The position numbers were made by a program, and so were the translations under genes. Shown piece by piece: positions 37,000-47,596 of a DNA stretch of 64,000 nucleotides (within the stretch, counting starts at the first letter, position 1; each line of letters starts with the position of its first letter). The notes under the pieces were generated by a model. That model searched no databases, was not told the DNA's origin, and was given only the letters and a program-made list of their open reading frames with translations. The stretch is from NCBI GenBank assembly GCA_965263355.1, contig CBDHHL010000032.1:2592001-2656000 (forward strand), given 5' to 3'. Source of the stretch: Leptolyngbyaceae cyanobacterium (GTDB taxonomy: Bacteria; Cyanobacteriota; Cyanobacteriia; Phormidesmidales; Phormidesmidaceae).

Positions 37000-38688
37000 A
37001 TGTCTATCAAACCCTTGCCTAACAAAAGTTCTAATGAACTAAACCGTATGCTTAAGCGGCTCATGCGTCGGCAAGGCGTAGCGGTTGATGACGTTCCTAG
37101 TCTTGAAGGCTGGAACAATTTCGTATTAGCTATAGATCAAACAATTAAAGAATTTAGTGCCAATCGCGAACTCCTAGAACAGTCGGTGAAGTCGACGTCG
37201 TTAAAACTCAAGCGAGCGTACGAAGATTTAAAGATTGAATCCAACTTACGTCTTGCCCAAGCAAACTTACACCAGCGGGAACTAGAGAACTTGGTGCAGG
37301 AAAGAACCACTGAACTTCGAAAGGCCCAGCTTCGCCTAGAAAAAATAAATGAACAACTTGAGTACGACGCCACCCACGACGACTTAACGGGTTTGGCCAA
37401 TCGAAACCAATTAATGAGGGAATTAAACAGGTGTGTGGTTAAACTAGGCACCGATGCAGACTTCAGACTATGTTTTTTCTTTATCGACTTCGACCGTTTC
37501 AAACAAATTAATGATAGGTTCGGCCACCTGATTGGCGACAACGTGTTGATTCATGTGACTAATCGTTTGTCAGCCCTCATTAGCGATACAATCTGCTTTG
37601 CTCGTTTGGGTGGAGATGAATTCGTTATGCTTATGGGCCAGCTTAACGAGTCCGAAGCCCTTAAACTCGCACAGAAAATTAACGATGTGTTCGCTCAACC
37701 CATCCAAATTCGCGACATCGAGATTCCTATTGCTGCTAGTGTTGGCATTGTCCTAGCTGATATGTCATACCAATCCGCTGATGAAGTGATTCGTGATGCC
37801 GATATTGCGATGTATCGCGCCAAGGCAACGGGCAATTGCTATCAACTCTTTGACGAGGAAATGCGTGCAGAGCATCTGAAAGAAATTGAGTTAGAGGGTG
37901 AATTAGAGATCGCCGTTCGCGAGAAACAGTTTCACATCAGCTTTGAACCAATTGTTGACATCAACGAGTCCGTCATCTTCTCGATCGAGTCTTTGGTGCG
38001 ATGGATTCACCCCAAAAAAGGGCTCATCTCGCCAGGCAAATTTATTCCCCTTGCAGAAGAATTGGGACTGATCATAGAAATTGACCGGATCGTATTCGAT
38101 AAAACCTGCAAACAGTTTCGCCAGTGGCGAGAGAGTGGCATCGTCAGTCCTCATCAGAAGCTCAATGTAAACCTTTCTTGCGGTCAACTACAACGATCGG
38201 ATATCGTGCCCTTTCTACTGAGCATGATTGATATGTCAGATATCAGTCCCCACGACGTTGTGCTCGAAATTACTGAAAGCTATTTGCTTGCAGACTCTGG
38301 ACTAGTCATGAAGAATCTGAACGAAATGAACAAGCTTGGATTCAACATTTTTGTCGATGATTTCGGGACGGGATACTCATCGCTGAGTTATCTAGCCAAG
38401 TATCCAATCCATGGCATTAAAATTGATCGTAGTTTCGTGAGAGATTTGGAAGAGCGTGAGGAAAGTAAAGAGTTAATTCGCTCGATCATAGCTATGGCCG
38501 AAGCTTTGAATCTAAAAGTTGTCACCGAAGGAGTAGAAACGATAGAGCAATTGCATGTCATTATGGAGCTTGGTTGCCGCTATATTCAAGGCTTTTTATT
38601 TACTCGTCCGATGAATGCAATGCAGGCAGAAACGTTCTTAGTGAATAAGTCGTATCGCAAGTTGATAGATTGCGATCGTATTCTTTGA
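37000..38688 (+). CDS. GGDEF-EAL c-di-GMP enzyme with N-terminal coiled coil
   Basis: HDDLTGLANR, RLGGDEF, ESLVRW, DDFGTGYSSL. Confidence 0.93.
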   Translation: MSIKPLPNKSSNELNRMLKRLMRRQGVAVDDVPSLEGWNNFVLAIDQTIKEFSANRELLEQSVKSTSLKLKRAYEDLKIESNLRLAQANLHQRELENLVQERTTELRKAQLRLEKINEQLEYDATHDDLTGLANRNQLMRELNRCVVKLGTDADFRLCFFFIDFDRFKQINDRFGHLIGDNVLIHVTNRLSALISDTICFARLGGDEFVMLMGQLNESEALKLAQKINDVFAQPIQIRDIEIPIAASVGIVLADMSYQSADEVIRDADIAMYRAKATGNCYQLFDEEMRAEHLKEIELEGELEIAVREKQFHISFEPIVDINESVIFSIESLVRWIHPKKGLISPGKFIPLAEELGLIIEIDRIVFDKTCKQFRQWRESGIVSPHQKLNVNLSCGQLQRSDIVPFLLSMIDMSDISPHDVVLEITESYLLADSGLVMKNLNEMNKLGFNIFVDDFGTGYSSLSYLAKYPIHGIKIDRSFVRDLEEREESKELIRSIIAMAEALNLKVVTEGVETIEQLHVIMELGCRYIQGFLFTRPMNAMQAETFLVNKSYRKLIDCDRIL

Positions 38689-39086
38689 CTGGGAAACAAA
38701 TTCAGCTAGCCTAGAGCTGAAGTCATTGTCAATCTCAACGATAACAATCAATATATGCTTCACTGTCATATCCTTGATCATGAAGATACTGGAATGATGA
38801 GCCAATTTGAAATCGTTGATAGTAATAGTGCGTGAACAACAATGAACCTGTTTCGGCTGTAATTTGTTGTCAGCTTTTGGAATCAAGATGGAAGCTAGAA
38901 ATCGAAACTATTGCTGCAGCATAGCAAGTTATCAACACTAGAAATATACTTAAAATATGACAAGGAAGTAGCTTGTTGTACCCTGTGTCTCAGTATTCAA
39001 TTAGCCAACCACTTGATAAGTAGAGTTCAGGATAGTTCTATAGTTGCTGATAATCGTTTTCTAATCCTTTCTTCAACCCCTCAGCC

Positions 39087-40754
39087 ATGCTCCTGCTTTT
39101 ATACTCTTTAGTGGCATTGCTGCCACTAATAACCGTTTTCTTTCTGTTGGCTATAGTTCGACGTCCTGCCGGACAGGTGATGCCAGTAGCTTATTTAGTA
39201 ACAGTCGGAATCGCTCTGCTTGTATGGCGTGTGCCCTGGCTGCAGATAGTTGCCGCTAGTGTTCAAGGTCTGGTAGCAGCAGTTGAAATTCTCTATATTG
39301 TCTTTGGGGCAATTTTATTACTGAATACACTTCAGGAATCGGGCGCGATCGCAACCATCCGTCAAAGTCTCCTGGGCATCTCCCATGACCGACGCGTGCA
39401 GGTGACCATTATTGCTTGGCTCTTTGGTAGCTTCATCGAAGGCGCTTCTGGCTTTGGTACCCCAGCTGTGATTACCGTACCATTAATGGTTGCCATTGGT
39501 TTCCCAGCCATGGCCGCTGTCGTTGCCGCGCTAATTATTCAAAGTACTCCGTCTACCTTTGGAGCCGTAGGTACCCCAATTATGATTGGTGTTGACGCAG
39601 GATTAGATGGTGTTCCAACTGTAGATCAACATCTGATAGCCTTGGGCCTAAGTCAACCCGAATATCTGTTTGCCGTTGGTCACTGGGCCAGTATTGTGCA
39701 TGGTATTATCGGCACTTTTCTTCCGTTGGTACTGATAATGACAATAACTGCAGGGTTTGGTGAGCGCAAGTCCTTTCGAGAAGGTCTCGAAGCCTGGAAA
39801 TTTGCTCTGTTTGCTGGTTTAGCCTTTACAGTTCCCTACACCCTGACAGCTTTGTTCTTTGGTCCGGAATTTCCCACCCTCTTCGGTGGCTTAATAGGGT
39901 TAGGCATCGTTATCCCAGCGGCGCGCCGAGGCTTTTTGGTACCGCGTCAGACCTGGGATTTTCCACCCCAGCCGTCTAGTTCACCCACCCTCAACCATAG
40001 GAGTGAGCCTAGCCATCTATCTGCCACTAAAGCATGGTTGCCCTATGTCATATTAGGAACATTGCTGATGGCATCACGATTAAAATTTCTTCCCATTCGT
40101 GGGTTGTTGCAATCAGTAAGTCTCACCTGGAGCAATATCTTAGGTACAGAAATTACGGTCTCTAGCCAGCCTCTTTATCTGCCACCTACTGTGTTTATTG
40201 TGGTAGTTGCTATCACTTTTTTTCTCCATCATATGAAACCTGCGGCGATGGGACGAGCCGTTATTCAAGCCCTGCCAATGTTACAAAAAACATCTTTAGC
40301 CTTGGGCTCAGCCGTACTCATGGCACGGGTTTTCATTAACTCAGGGGTGAATACATCGGGTTTGGCTAGTATGCCCCTTACTCTGGCTGATGGCATAGCT
40401 GCATTAGCTGGCCAAACCTGGCCTCTATTTGCACCAATAGTGGGTACCATCGGTTCCTTTGTTGCAGGCAGTGTCACCGTCAGCAACATGATGTTTTCCT
40501 TATTTCAGTTTGGAGTTGCCATACAAATTGGCGTACCTACTGCCATGGTTTTAGGGCTACAGTGTGTAGGCGCATCTGCGGGCAATATTATCTGTGTCTC
40601 GAACATTGTAGCAGCCGAGGCTACAGTAGGTTTAGTAGGTCTTGAAGGCGTGCTGATTCGTAAAGTGCTGTTTCCCACGCTCTATTACGTTATCTTGGCA
40701 GGATTATTGGGTGTTCTGCTGCAGATTTCTATTTCTACAGCGTTTCTATCCTAA
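39087..40754 (+). CDS. lctP: L-lactate permease
   Basis: [28 protein letters not shown]; many TM helices. Confidence 0.9.
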   Translation: MLLLLYSLVALLPLITVFFLLAIVRRPAGQVMPVAYLVTVGIALLVWRVPWLQIVAASVQGLVAAVEILYIVFGAILLLNTLQESGAIATIRQSLLGISHDRRVQVTIIAWLFGSFIEGASGFGTPAVITVPLMVAIGFPAMAAVVAALIIQSTPSTFGAVGTPIMIGVDAGLDGVPTVDQHLIALGLSQPEYLFAVGHWASIVHGIIGTFLPLVLIMTITAGFGERKSFREGLEAWKFALFAGLAFTVPYTLTALFFGPEFPTLFGGLIGLGIVIPAARRGFLVPRQTWDFPPQPSSSPTLNHRSEPSHLSATKAWLPYVILGTLLMASRLKFLPIRGLLQSVSLTWSNILGTEITVSSQPLYLPPTVFIVVVAITFFLHHMKPAAMGRAVIQALPMLQKTSLALGSAVLMARVFINSGVNTSGLASMPLTLADGIAALAGQTWPLFAPIVGTIGSFVAGSVTVSNMMFSLFQFGVAIQIGVPTAMVLGLQCVGASAGNIICVSNIVAAEATVGLVGLEGVLIRKVLFPTLYYVILAGLLGVLLQISISTAFLS

Positions 40755-40830
40755 CTCTAAACTCCAGCATGAGCCTAATGCGATCGCACACGACACAATA
40801 CTTACACTGCAATAGGCTCGCTGTGTATGA

Positions 40831-41400
40831 TGGGTTGCATTAATAAATCAATACATAGATCAAATATGGTCAACTGTCAGCACGTCAACCACTATTTTTG
40901 GGGTTGTCATTGGGTGGATTGTTTTTGGACTTTCTAGAGAAGATGGCTCAATTGATGTCAATCTACTAATTTTCATCCTACCCAGTGCGCTACTAATTCT
41001 GTTAATGGCAATGCTGTGCTATGTAAATCTTTCCTTCAGGCAAATACACGTCATCTCAACATACATGTGTTTAACAGAACAATCGATTTGGGAAGAACAA
41101 TATCAAAAATTTAGAAATAGCTATAAACGCTTAGATCAGGAGAGTGTTATCTTTATAATACTTTTGATTCTATCTATACTCACATTTATAGTCCCCTTTG
41201 TTCTACTCCTGATATTCAAGGCCCAGTCAGGCACTACTCTTGGCTCAGCTATAACCATCCTGGTTATCCTGGAAATTATATATATTATCGAATGGATATT
41301 TTTTTGGAGTCGACGAGACCCTAAAGACTTTCGAAAAGAAGTAGCGGGAAAGTGGTGTGCTATTTTGGGGATACAAGAAGTGCCTGAATCCTTCAAGTAA
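40831..41400 (+). CDS. Hypothetical membrane protein, possibly 5'-truncated
   Basis: Frame is open and hydrophobic from 40831, well upstream of ATG 41005. Confidence 0.45.
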   Translation, partial: WVALINQYIDQIWSTVSTSTTIFGVVIGWIVFGLSREDGSIDVNLLIFILPSALLILLMAMLCYVNLSFRQIHVISTYMCLTEQSIWEEQYQKFRNSYKRLDQESVIFIILLILSILTFIVPFVLLLIFKAQSGTTLGSAITILVILEIIYIIEWIFFWSRRDPKDFRKEVAGKWCAILGIQEVPESFK

Positions 41401-41501
41401 GTCATTAATAACTCGTTAATACCCCATGAGTTGAGTTTCACCTTCGTCACACGGGGCAAGATACCAATCCACAGGTTCTTTCATCTCCAATCTACCCATA
41501 G

Positions 41502-42119
41502 TCATTTACCTAGGTCAAATACCTGATTGGCTGTTAGGGGAAACTCTGGAAATGTGGGGGAACCAATCAGATCATCTCCACGAAACTGTTGTAACTCATA
41601 CTCTCCATCTACCAACGTGCAAACCGTAAACGTTGGCTGCTTAGGAGACCCAATATAACGCCGACCACCAATTCCTAAATAATCGATAATCCAATACTCT
41701 TGGATCCCTAACGCTTCATAGTCTCCCAGTTTAACCAGGTAATCATCACGCCAATTAGTTGAAACAACTTCTACTACAAGTTTTATCGACTGACCTAAGG
41801 TGATAATCGATTCTCTTTCCCATCGGGGCTCATAGACAATTTCGTTCTCATCTAAAACAATAATGTCTGGTTCATACCCCGTGTTATTCGAAATTTTAAT
41901 AATACATTCTCTCGGGATAAAATAGGGTTGTTTTGCCTGTCGAAAGACCACACCTAGCTCATAGGCCAAATCACCGGCTAGCCTGGAATGCTTTCCCCGT
42001 GGTTTAGGCATTTCGATCACCACCCCTCGTCTCAATTCATAGCGATTTTCTGAATTCTCTGGGTACCAATCCACGAATTCGTCGAATGACATAGATTCTC
42101 TATCAATAACTGCAATCAT
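41502..42119 (-). CDS. Uma2-family endonuclease
   Basis: YEPD, LVVEVVSTNWRDDY, EYWIID. Confidence 0.9.
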   Translation of the reverse strand: MIAVIDRESMSFDEFVDWYPENSENRYELRRGVVIEMPKPRGKHSRLAGDLAYELGVVFRQAKQPYFIPRECIIKISNNTGYEPDIIVLDENEIVYEPRWERESIITLGQSIKLVVEVVSTNWRDDYLVKLGDYEALGIQEYWIIDYLGIGGRRYIGSPKQPTFTVCTLVDGEYELQQFRGDDLIGSPTFPEFPLTANQVFDLGK

Positions 42120-42170
42120 CGCGATCTCATCTCCGCTACTCTGTTACAGCATGCCCAAAGTCTATCAACA

Positions 42171-44531
42171 CTATGACTCAACTCTAGTTAACGTCACCAC
42201 TCTCGGATCAATAATTTTCTTACCCATGCCAGGAAACTTGATCGCCAGACAAATCTTATTGCCTGCACCAAAAATGTGGGTGATGGTGCCTTCTCCAAAA
42301 GCCCCATGCAAAACCTTTTCACCAACACTCCAATCATCCTCATGGCTGCCGGGTTTCTGTACCTGAGGTTCAGGATTCTTGAGTTTGGCCGCCCGCTTAG
42401 GCGTTATCTCTAACCGAGGTAACGCCGTAGCCGTATTCGCCAGAATATAATCTTCTGGCAGTTCGCCCAAAAACATGGAGGGTGTCGCAATCTCGCGCAT
42501 ATTGCCGTACAAACGCCGCTCCCTGGCATAGGTCAAAAACAATCGCTCCTGCGCACGGGTAATACCCACGTAGCACAGACGACGTTCTTCCTCAATGGCA
42601 GCAGCGTCATCTAGAGAACGGAAGCTGGGAAATAGCCCCTGCTCCATACCCACCACAAACACCACCGGAAATTCTAGCCCTTTCGACGAGTGTAACGTCA
42701 TCAAGGAAACCGCATTGCTTTGTTTATCATCATCCATGTCAGAACTCAACGCCGCACTGGCCAAAAATGTTAGCAGCGTAGCCTCTTCATTTTCTTCTTC
42801 AAATTGAATAACGGCGTTATACAGCTCCTGTACGTTTTGGATTCGGTCGAGATCTTCGTCGGTACCTTTGTCCTTAAGGGCGCGAATATAGCCAGAATCT
42901 TCGATCACCTCTTGCACAATTTCCGACGCAGGCATAGTTTCTACCTTTTGTTGCCAGCCCTGGATCATGGTGGCAAATCGGATGACTGATTTACTAGCGC
43001 GACCGGCTAAAGTCTTTACTGAGGTCTCATCTGACAGAATTTCCCATAGGGGCATGCCTAACTCACCAGACGCCTTTTCTAGATTCTCCATGGTGGTTTT
43101 ACCAATGCCGCGTCGGGGCGTATTAATCGCCCGCTTCAGACTAACGGTATCGGCTGGGTTAGCGATTAACCGCAGGTAGGCTAACACATCCTTAATCTCT
43201 CGTCGGTCATAGAACTTCAGTCCACCCACTACTTTGTGGGGCACGCTATACCGGGTAAGCACCTCCTCAAACGAGCGAGACTGAGCGTTGGTGCGGTACA
43301 GAATAGCAAAGTCTCCCCACTTTAGCTCAGGGCTCTTGTCTATTGAAATACGAATTTGACTAACCACATAGTCTGCTTCAGCTCGTTCATCGTCGGCTTT
43401 ATAACAGAAAATAGATTCCCCTGTCCCCCTGGTGGCGCGAAGGATTTTGTCGATACGTTCGGTATTATTTTCAATCAGATGGTTAGCGACTTCAAGAATA
43501 TTTGCGGTAGAGCGATAGTTCTCTTCTAGCTTGACCATGGTGCGGGTGTCGTCGTCCGGTAGCCCGTCACCAAAGTCACTCTGGAAGTTCATCAAAATGG
43601 TGAAATCAGCCGCACGAAAAGAGTAAATGGACTGGTCGGCATCGCCTACCACAAAGACCGAACGCTGATTCCAGTCATCAAAGATTTTAGTGGTGGGAGC
43701 ATTGTTGGTCGCTAACAGCCGCAATAGGTCATACTGGGTGCGGTTGGTGTCCTGGTATTCGTCCACTAAGATATGTCGAAACCGGCGATGCCAGTAGCCT
43801 AGCACCTGTTCATTTTGTTGGAAGAGTAAGACCGGAATACGAATCAGGTCGTCAAAGTCGAGGGCATTGTTAGACGCTAATCCTTTTTGGTAATGCCGAT
43901 AGACATCGGCGATTGCTCGACCTTTGAAATTAGGGTTCTCTTTTTCGTATTCATCGGGGTCCAGGCCCTGGTTTTTGGCATTGCTGATGGCATAGCGCAC
44001 CGAACGGGGGTTAAATTTGCGGTCGTCCAGGTTGAGGGTGTTAACGACAATAGTTTTGACCAGGCTCTGGGCATCGGACTCGTCAAAAATGGTAAATGTT
44101 TTGGTCCAACGGTGACCGGCACGACTCTGGTATTTTTCGATATCAAAACGCAAAATGCGGGAGCAAAGGGCATGGAACGTACCGATCCACAGGTCTTTGA
44201 TAAAGTTTTTGTAGACGTAGGAGCGCAGCTGGGTTTGCTCGTACTCAGGCAACAGGTGTAATGGCTGTCCATGACGTCCCAGGGCTTCCTGCTCGGCAAA
44301 CAGCTTTTCAATCCGTTCCTTCATTTCCTTGGCGGCCTTATTGGTAAAGGTCACTGCCAGTAGGTTTTCTGGATCAACTCGATGGTTGAGGATCAGGTTA
44401 GCAATGCGGTAGGTGAGGGCACGGGTTTTGCCAGAACCGGCCCCGGCGACCACCAGCAGCGGTCCACAGAAATGTTCGACGGCCTGACGTTGAGCGGCGT
44501 TGAGCTGACTGAGGAAATCGGAGGTGGTCAT
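42171..44531 (-). CDS. pcrA: ATP-dependent DNA helicase PcrA/UvrD
   Basis: AGAGSGKT, DEYQD, GDADQSIY, NYRS, HSSKGLEF, EERRLCYVGITRA. Confidence 0.97.
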   Translation of the reverse strand: MTTSDFLSQLNAAQRQAVEHFCGPLLVVAGAGSGKTRALTYRIANLILNHRVDPENLLAVTFTNKAAKEMKERIEKLFAEQEALGRHGQPLHLLPEYEQTQLRSYVYKNFIKDLWIGTFHALCSRILRFDIEKYQSRAGHRWTKTFTIFDESDAQSLVKTIVVNTLNLDDRKFNPRSVRYAISNAKNQGLDPDEYEKENPNFKGRAIADVYRHYQKGLASNNALDFDDLIRIPVLLFQQNEQVLGYWHRRFRHILVDEYQDTNRTQYDLLRLLATNNAPTTKIFDDWNQRSVFVVGDADQSIYSFRAADFTILMNFQSDFGDGLPDDDTRTMVKLEENYRSTANILEVANHLIENNTERIDKILRATRGTGESIFCYKADDERAEADYVVSQIRISIDKSPELKWGDFAILYRTNAQSRSFEEVLTRYSVPHKVVGGLKFYDRREIKDVLAYLRLIANPADTVSLKRAINTPRRGIGKTTMENLEKASGELGMPLWEILSDETSVKTLAGRASKSVIRFATMIQGWQQKVETMPASEIVQEVIEDSGYIRALKDKGTDEDLDRIQNVQELYNAVIQFEEENEEATLLTFLASAALSSDMDDDKQSNAVSLMTLHSSKGLEFPVVFVVGMEQGLFPSFRSLDDAAAIEEERRLCYVGITRAQERLFLTYARERRLYGNMREIATPSMFLGELPEDYILANTATALPRLEITPKRAAKLKNPEPQVQKPGSHEDDWSVGEKVLHGAFGEGTITHIFGAGNKICLAIKFPGMGKKIIDPRVVTLTRVES

Positions 44532-44632
44532 TAGGTCAGTGGGTTGGGGGAACGGGGTAAAGGATTGAATTGGCCTACTTATGAGGCATTGAAATGATTG
44601 CTTAATCAGTATCCTAATGTAGCGGATATATC

Positions 44633-45472
44633 GTGGATGGGAGTGGATGTATGGCCATAAAGGCGACGATTGTGGGCTGTGGATATGTGGGTAAAGAGGT
44701 GGCCCGACGTTGGCAGCAGCAAGGGTTGACGGTAACGGCTACGACCACCAGGCCAGAACGTGTAGAAGAATTACAAACTGTGGCGGATCGAGTACGGGTA
44801 CTCAAAGGTAGAGACTCGGGGGCGTTACAGGATTGTCTAACGGATCAGCAGGTGGTGCTGGTCTGTGTGGGATCTAAACGGGGGGCAAATTACGAGGAAA
44901 CCTATTTAGGCACGGCGAAAACTCTGGCGGAGGTATTGCCAAATACCCAGGTGCAACAGCTGATCTATACAAGTACCTATTCGGTCTATGGTCAGCACCA
45001 TGGGGCTGTGGTGACGGAGGAAACGTCGGTAATGCCTGCCACGGCAAATGGTGAGGTGATTGCTGAGACGGAGCGGACCCTATTGGGCTTGACTGGCTTC
45101 AGGGTCTGTGTGTTGCGTTTAGGCGGTATCTATGGACCAGGGCGCACACTGGAAAGAATTTATAGTCGAGCGGCGGGGCAAACGCGACCGGGTACTGGGG
45201 GTGAATGGGCAAATTGGGTCCATCGGAACGACATTGTAGAGGCAATTGAGTTTGCGCGATCGCACTCCCTAACCGGCATCTATAACCTGGTCCAGGACGA
45301 AATTCCAACGGTGAAGGAATTGATCGATGCGGTGTGCGATCGCTACACCTTGTCCCCCGTTCACTGGGACCCCTCACAACCGAGCGCCAGACTTTACAAT
45401 GCAAAGGTTTCAAACGCAAAAATCAAAGCCGCAGGCTATCGGTTTGTCCATCCCCATTTTTTTGAAAACTAA
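44633..45472 (+). CDS. NAD(P)-dependent epimerase/dehydratase family protein
   Basis: GCGYVG, STYSVYG, LRLGGIYGPGR; start likely ATG 44651. Confidence 0.88.
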   Translation: MDGSGCMAIKATIVGCGYVGKEVARRWQQQGLTVTATTTRPERVEELQTVADRVRVLKGRDSGALQDCLTDQQVVLVCVGSKRGANYEETYLGTAKTLAEVLPNTQVQQLIYTSTYSVYGQHHGAVVTEETSVMPATANGEVIAETERTLLGLTGFRVCVLRLGGIYGPGRTLERIYSRAAGQTRPGTGGEWANWVHRNDIVEAIEFARSHSLTGIYNLVQDEIPTVKELIDAVCDRYTLSPVHWDPSQPSARLYNAKVSNAKIKAAGYRFVHPHFFEN

Positions 45473-45563
45473 GGCTTAATCCCTCCAAATCGGCACAATT
45501 TTAGACTTTTGTCTAGCTTTCCTAAGCAAGAAAGCTGTTACAAAAAAGGGCAATTACTATTAG

Positions 45564-47579
45564 GTGTTGCTTTTGCTACAAGTTATGGTCCCTTCACTAC
45601 CCCAAAACAATCCCAATAGAGCCGAGCGTGATGCCGCGTTAAAAAAGCAGCGTCAAGACTACCAATACGACCTCACCAAGGTAGAGCATGTGACCATGGC
45701 CGAGGCGGTACCGGCCAAGGATCAATCCTTTAGTAAATTTCAATGGACTAAGGATGCCATTTCCCTGATTCTGAGGATAAATACCAATCAGCGATTGCAA
45801 GAGATCAACGAACGAGGGATTCAGCTTTTTTCAGCCATCCGTTTTCTAAGTTCAATCTGGCTTTATAACCTCCTCAATGATCCCAGTAAGGCTAATTTTT
45901 TAAAGCGTCTGCTGACAAAGTTACAGTTCTTTATTCAACGGCGTTTCCAACCGGATACTGGCGACTCGACCAACAAACTTGAAACTGTCCTTGAACAAGA
46001 TACTAAGTTTATCGCCAGTAGTCTCACTGAACTGGCCAAGTTGGTCAGTGAAAACCATCCCCATGCTGCCGATAACGTAGCGTCTCGTGTGGATCCCCTG
46101 GGGGATAGCATGCTGGACTATCGCGATTACTTTAAGCCCTACGACGACCTATTTCAGATTATTTATCTACCTTGTGTTCGGCATGACTTTTACGAAGACC
46201 GCACCTTTGCAGCGCATCGGGTGGCGGGGCCTAACCCCCTGGTGATCAAACAAGTTTTTGAACTGCCCAATAACTTTCCAGTCACCGATGCCCAGTATAA
46301 AGCCGTTATGGGAGACCAGGATTCACTCTCAGAGGCGGGACAGGCAGGTCGACTATATTTAGCGGACTATAAGATTCTAGAAGATGTTGAAACGAGTAAT
46401 TTTCCAGATGCTCAAAAATATCTCTGCGCGCCCCTAGCGCTATTTGCTGTTCCCGCTGGTACGTCTGAGTCTCGTTCTCTAGTGCCCGTTGCCATTCAGT
46501 GTGAACAGCAACCCGGCCCCAACACACCAATTTTTACGCCACCACCGTCGGGGACACCCCAGTCCCAAAAATGGTCCTGGCTAATGGCTAAAACCATTGT
46601 GCAAATTGCCGATGGTAACTATCATGAGCTGATTTCCCATCTAGGACGTACCCACTTGCTGGTGGAAGCCTTTGTACTGGCCACCTATCAGCAGCTGCCG
46701 CCACAGCATCCCCTGTATGTACTGTTGACACCCCATTTTGAAGGCACATTGTTCATTAATCAGCTGGCCCTTCAAGGTTTGGTTAATGAAGGGGGAACCG
46801 TGGACAAGGTGCTAAGCGGTACCCTAGATGCGTCGCTTAAGCTATCGGCTCGGGGGGTGCAGGGGTATCCCTTTAGCTTTAATGATTCTATGGTGCCCCA
46901 AACCTTTGCTAGCCGACGGGTGGATGATCGGGGCCAACTGCCTGATTATCCTTACCGTGATGATGCGTTACTGATTTGGGATGCGATTCACCAATGGGTG
47001 TCTGCTTACTTAGGTCTTTACTATCTAAGTGACGACGATGTTTCTGGTGATACGGAACTCCAAAACTGGTTGGCTGATTTGTTAGACCCAGCAAAAGGCC
47101 AACTCCATGGCATTGGTGAATCGTCGCCGGAACATTCCAAGCCGGGTATTCACACCCTTGACTATCTGACGGATGCGATAACGTTGTTAATTTTCACGTG
47201 CAGTGCCCAGCATGCGGCTGTTAACTTTCCACAATCACGGTTGATGACCTACGGTCCTAATATGCCTCTGGCCGGTTACAGGCCAGCGCCCAGCGCCGCT
47301 ACGGGAGCTACCGTTAAAGACTATTTTGATCTGTTGCCATCCCTGGAACAGACGGAAACTCAATTGAATATGACCTATCCCCTGGGGTCTGTTTACTACA
47401 CTCGCCTTGGTTATTACGGTAATACCTATTTTGAAGATCCAAGGGTAAAAGAGCCCCTGGATGCGTTTCAAGCACGGTTGAAAGAAATCGAGATTTTAAT
47501 TGATGACAGAAATGCACACCGGCCCACGCCCTATGAATATTTGCATCCGGCCAATATTCCTCAAAGTATCAACATTTAG
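45564..47579 (+). CDS. Lipoxygenase
   Basis: HELISHLGRTH, HAAVNF and C-terminal IPQSINI iron ligands; start maybe ATG 45585. Confidence 0.95.
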   Translation: MLLLLQVMVPSLPQNNPNRAERDAALKKQRQDYQYDLTKVEHVTMAEAVPAKDQSFSKFQWTKDAISLILRINTNQRLQEINERGIQLFSAIRFLSSIWLYNLLNDPSKANFLKRLLTKLQFFIQRRFQPDTGDSTNKLETVLEQDTKFIASSLTELAKLVSENHPHAADNVASRVDPLGDSMLDYRDYFKPYDDLFQIIYLPCVRHDFYEDRTFAAHRVAGPNPLVIKQVFELPNNFPVTDAQYKAVMGDQDSLSEAGQAGRLYLADYKILEDVETSNFPDAQKYLCAPLALFAVPAGTSESRSLVPVAIQCEQQPGPNTPIFTPPPSGTPQSQKWSWLMAKTIVQIADGNYHELISHLGRTHLLVEAFVLATYQQLPPQHPLYVLLTPHFEGTLFINQLALQGLVNEGGTVDKVLSGTLDASLKLSARGVQGYPFSFNDSMVPQTFASRRVDDRGQLPDYPYRDDALLIWDAIHQWVSAYLGLYYLSDDDVSGDTELQNWLADLLDPAKGQLHGIGESSPEHSKPGIHTLDYLTDAITLLIFTCSAQHAAVNFPQSRLMTYGPNMPLAGYRPAPSAATGATVKDYFDLLPSLEQTETQLNMTYPLGSVYYTRLGYYGNTYFEDPRVKEPLDAFQARLKEIEILIDDRNAHRPTPYEYLHPANIPQSINI

Positions 47580-47596
47580 AGAGGGGTAAAACAATG

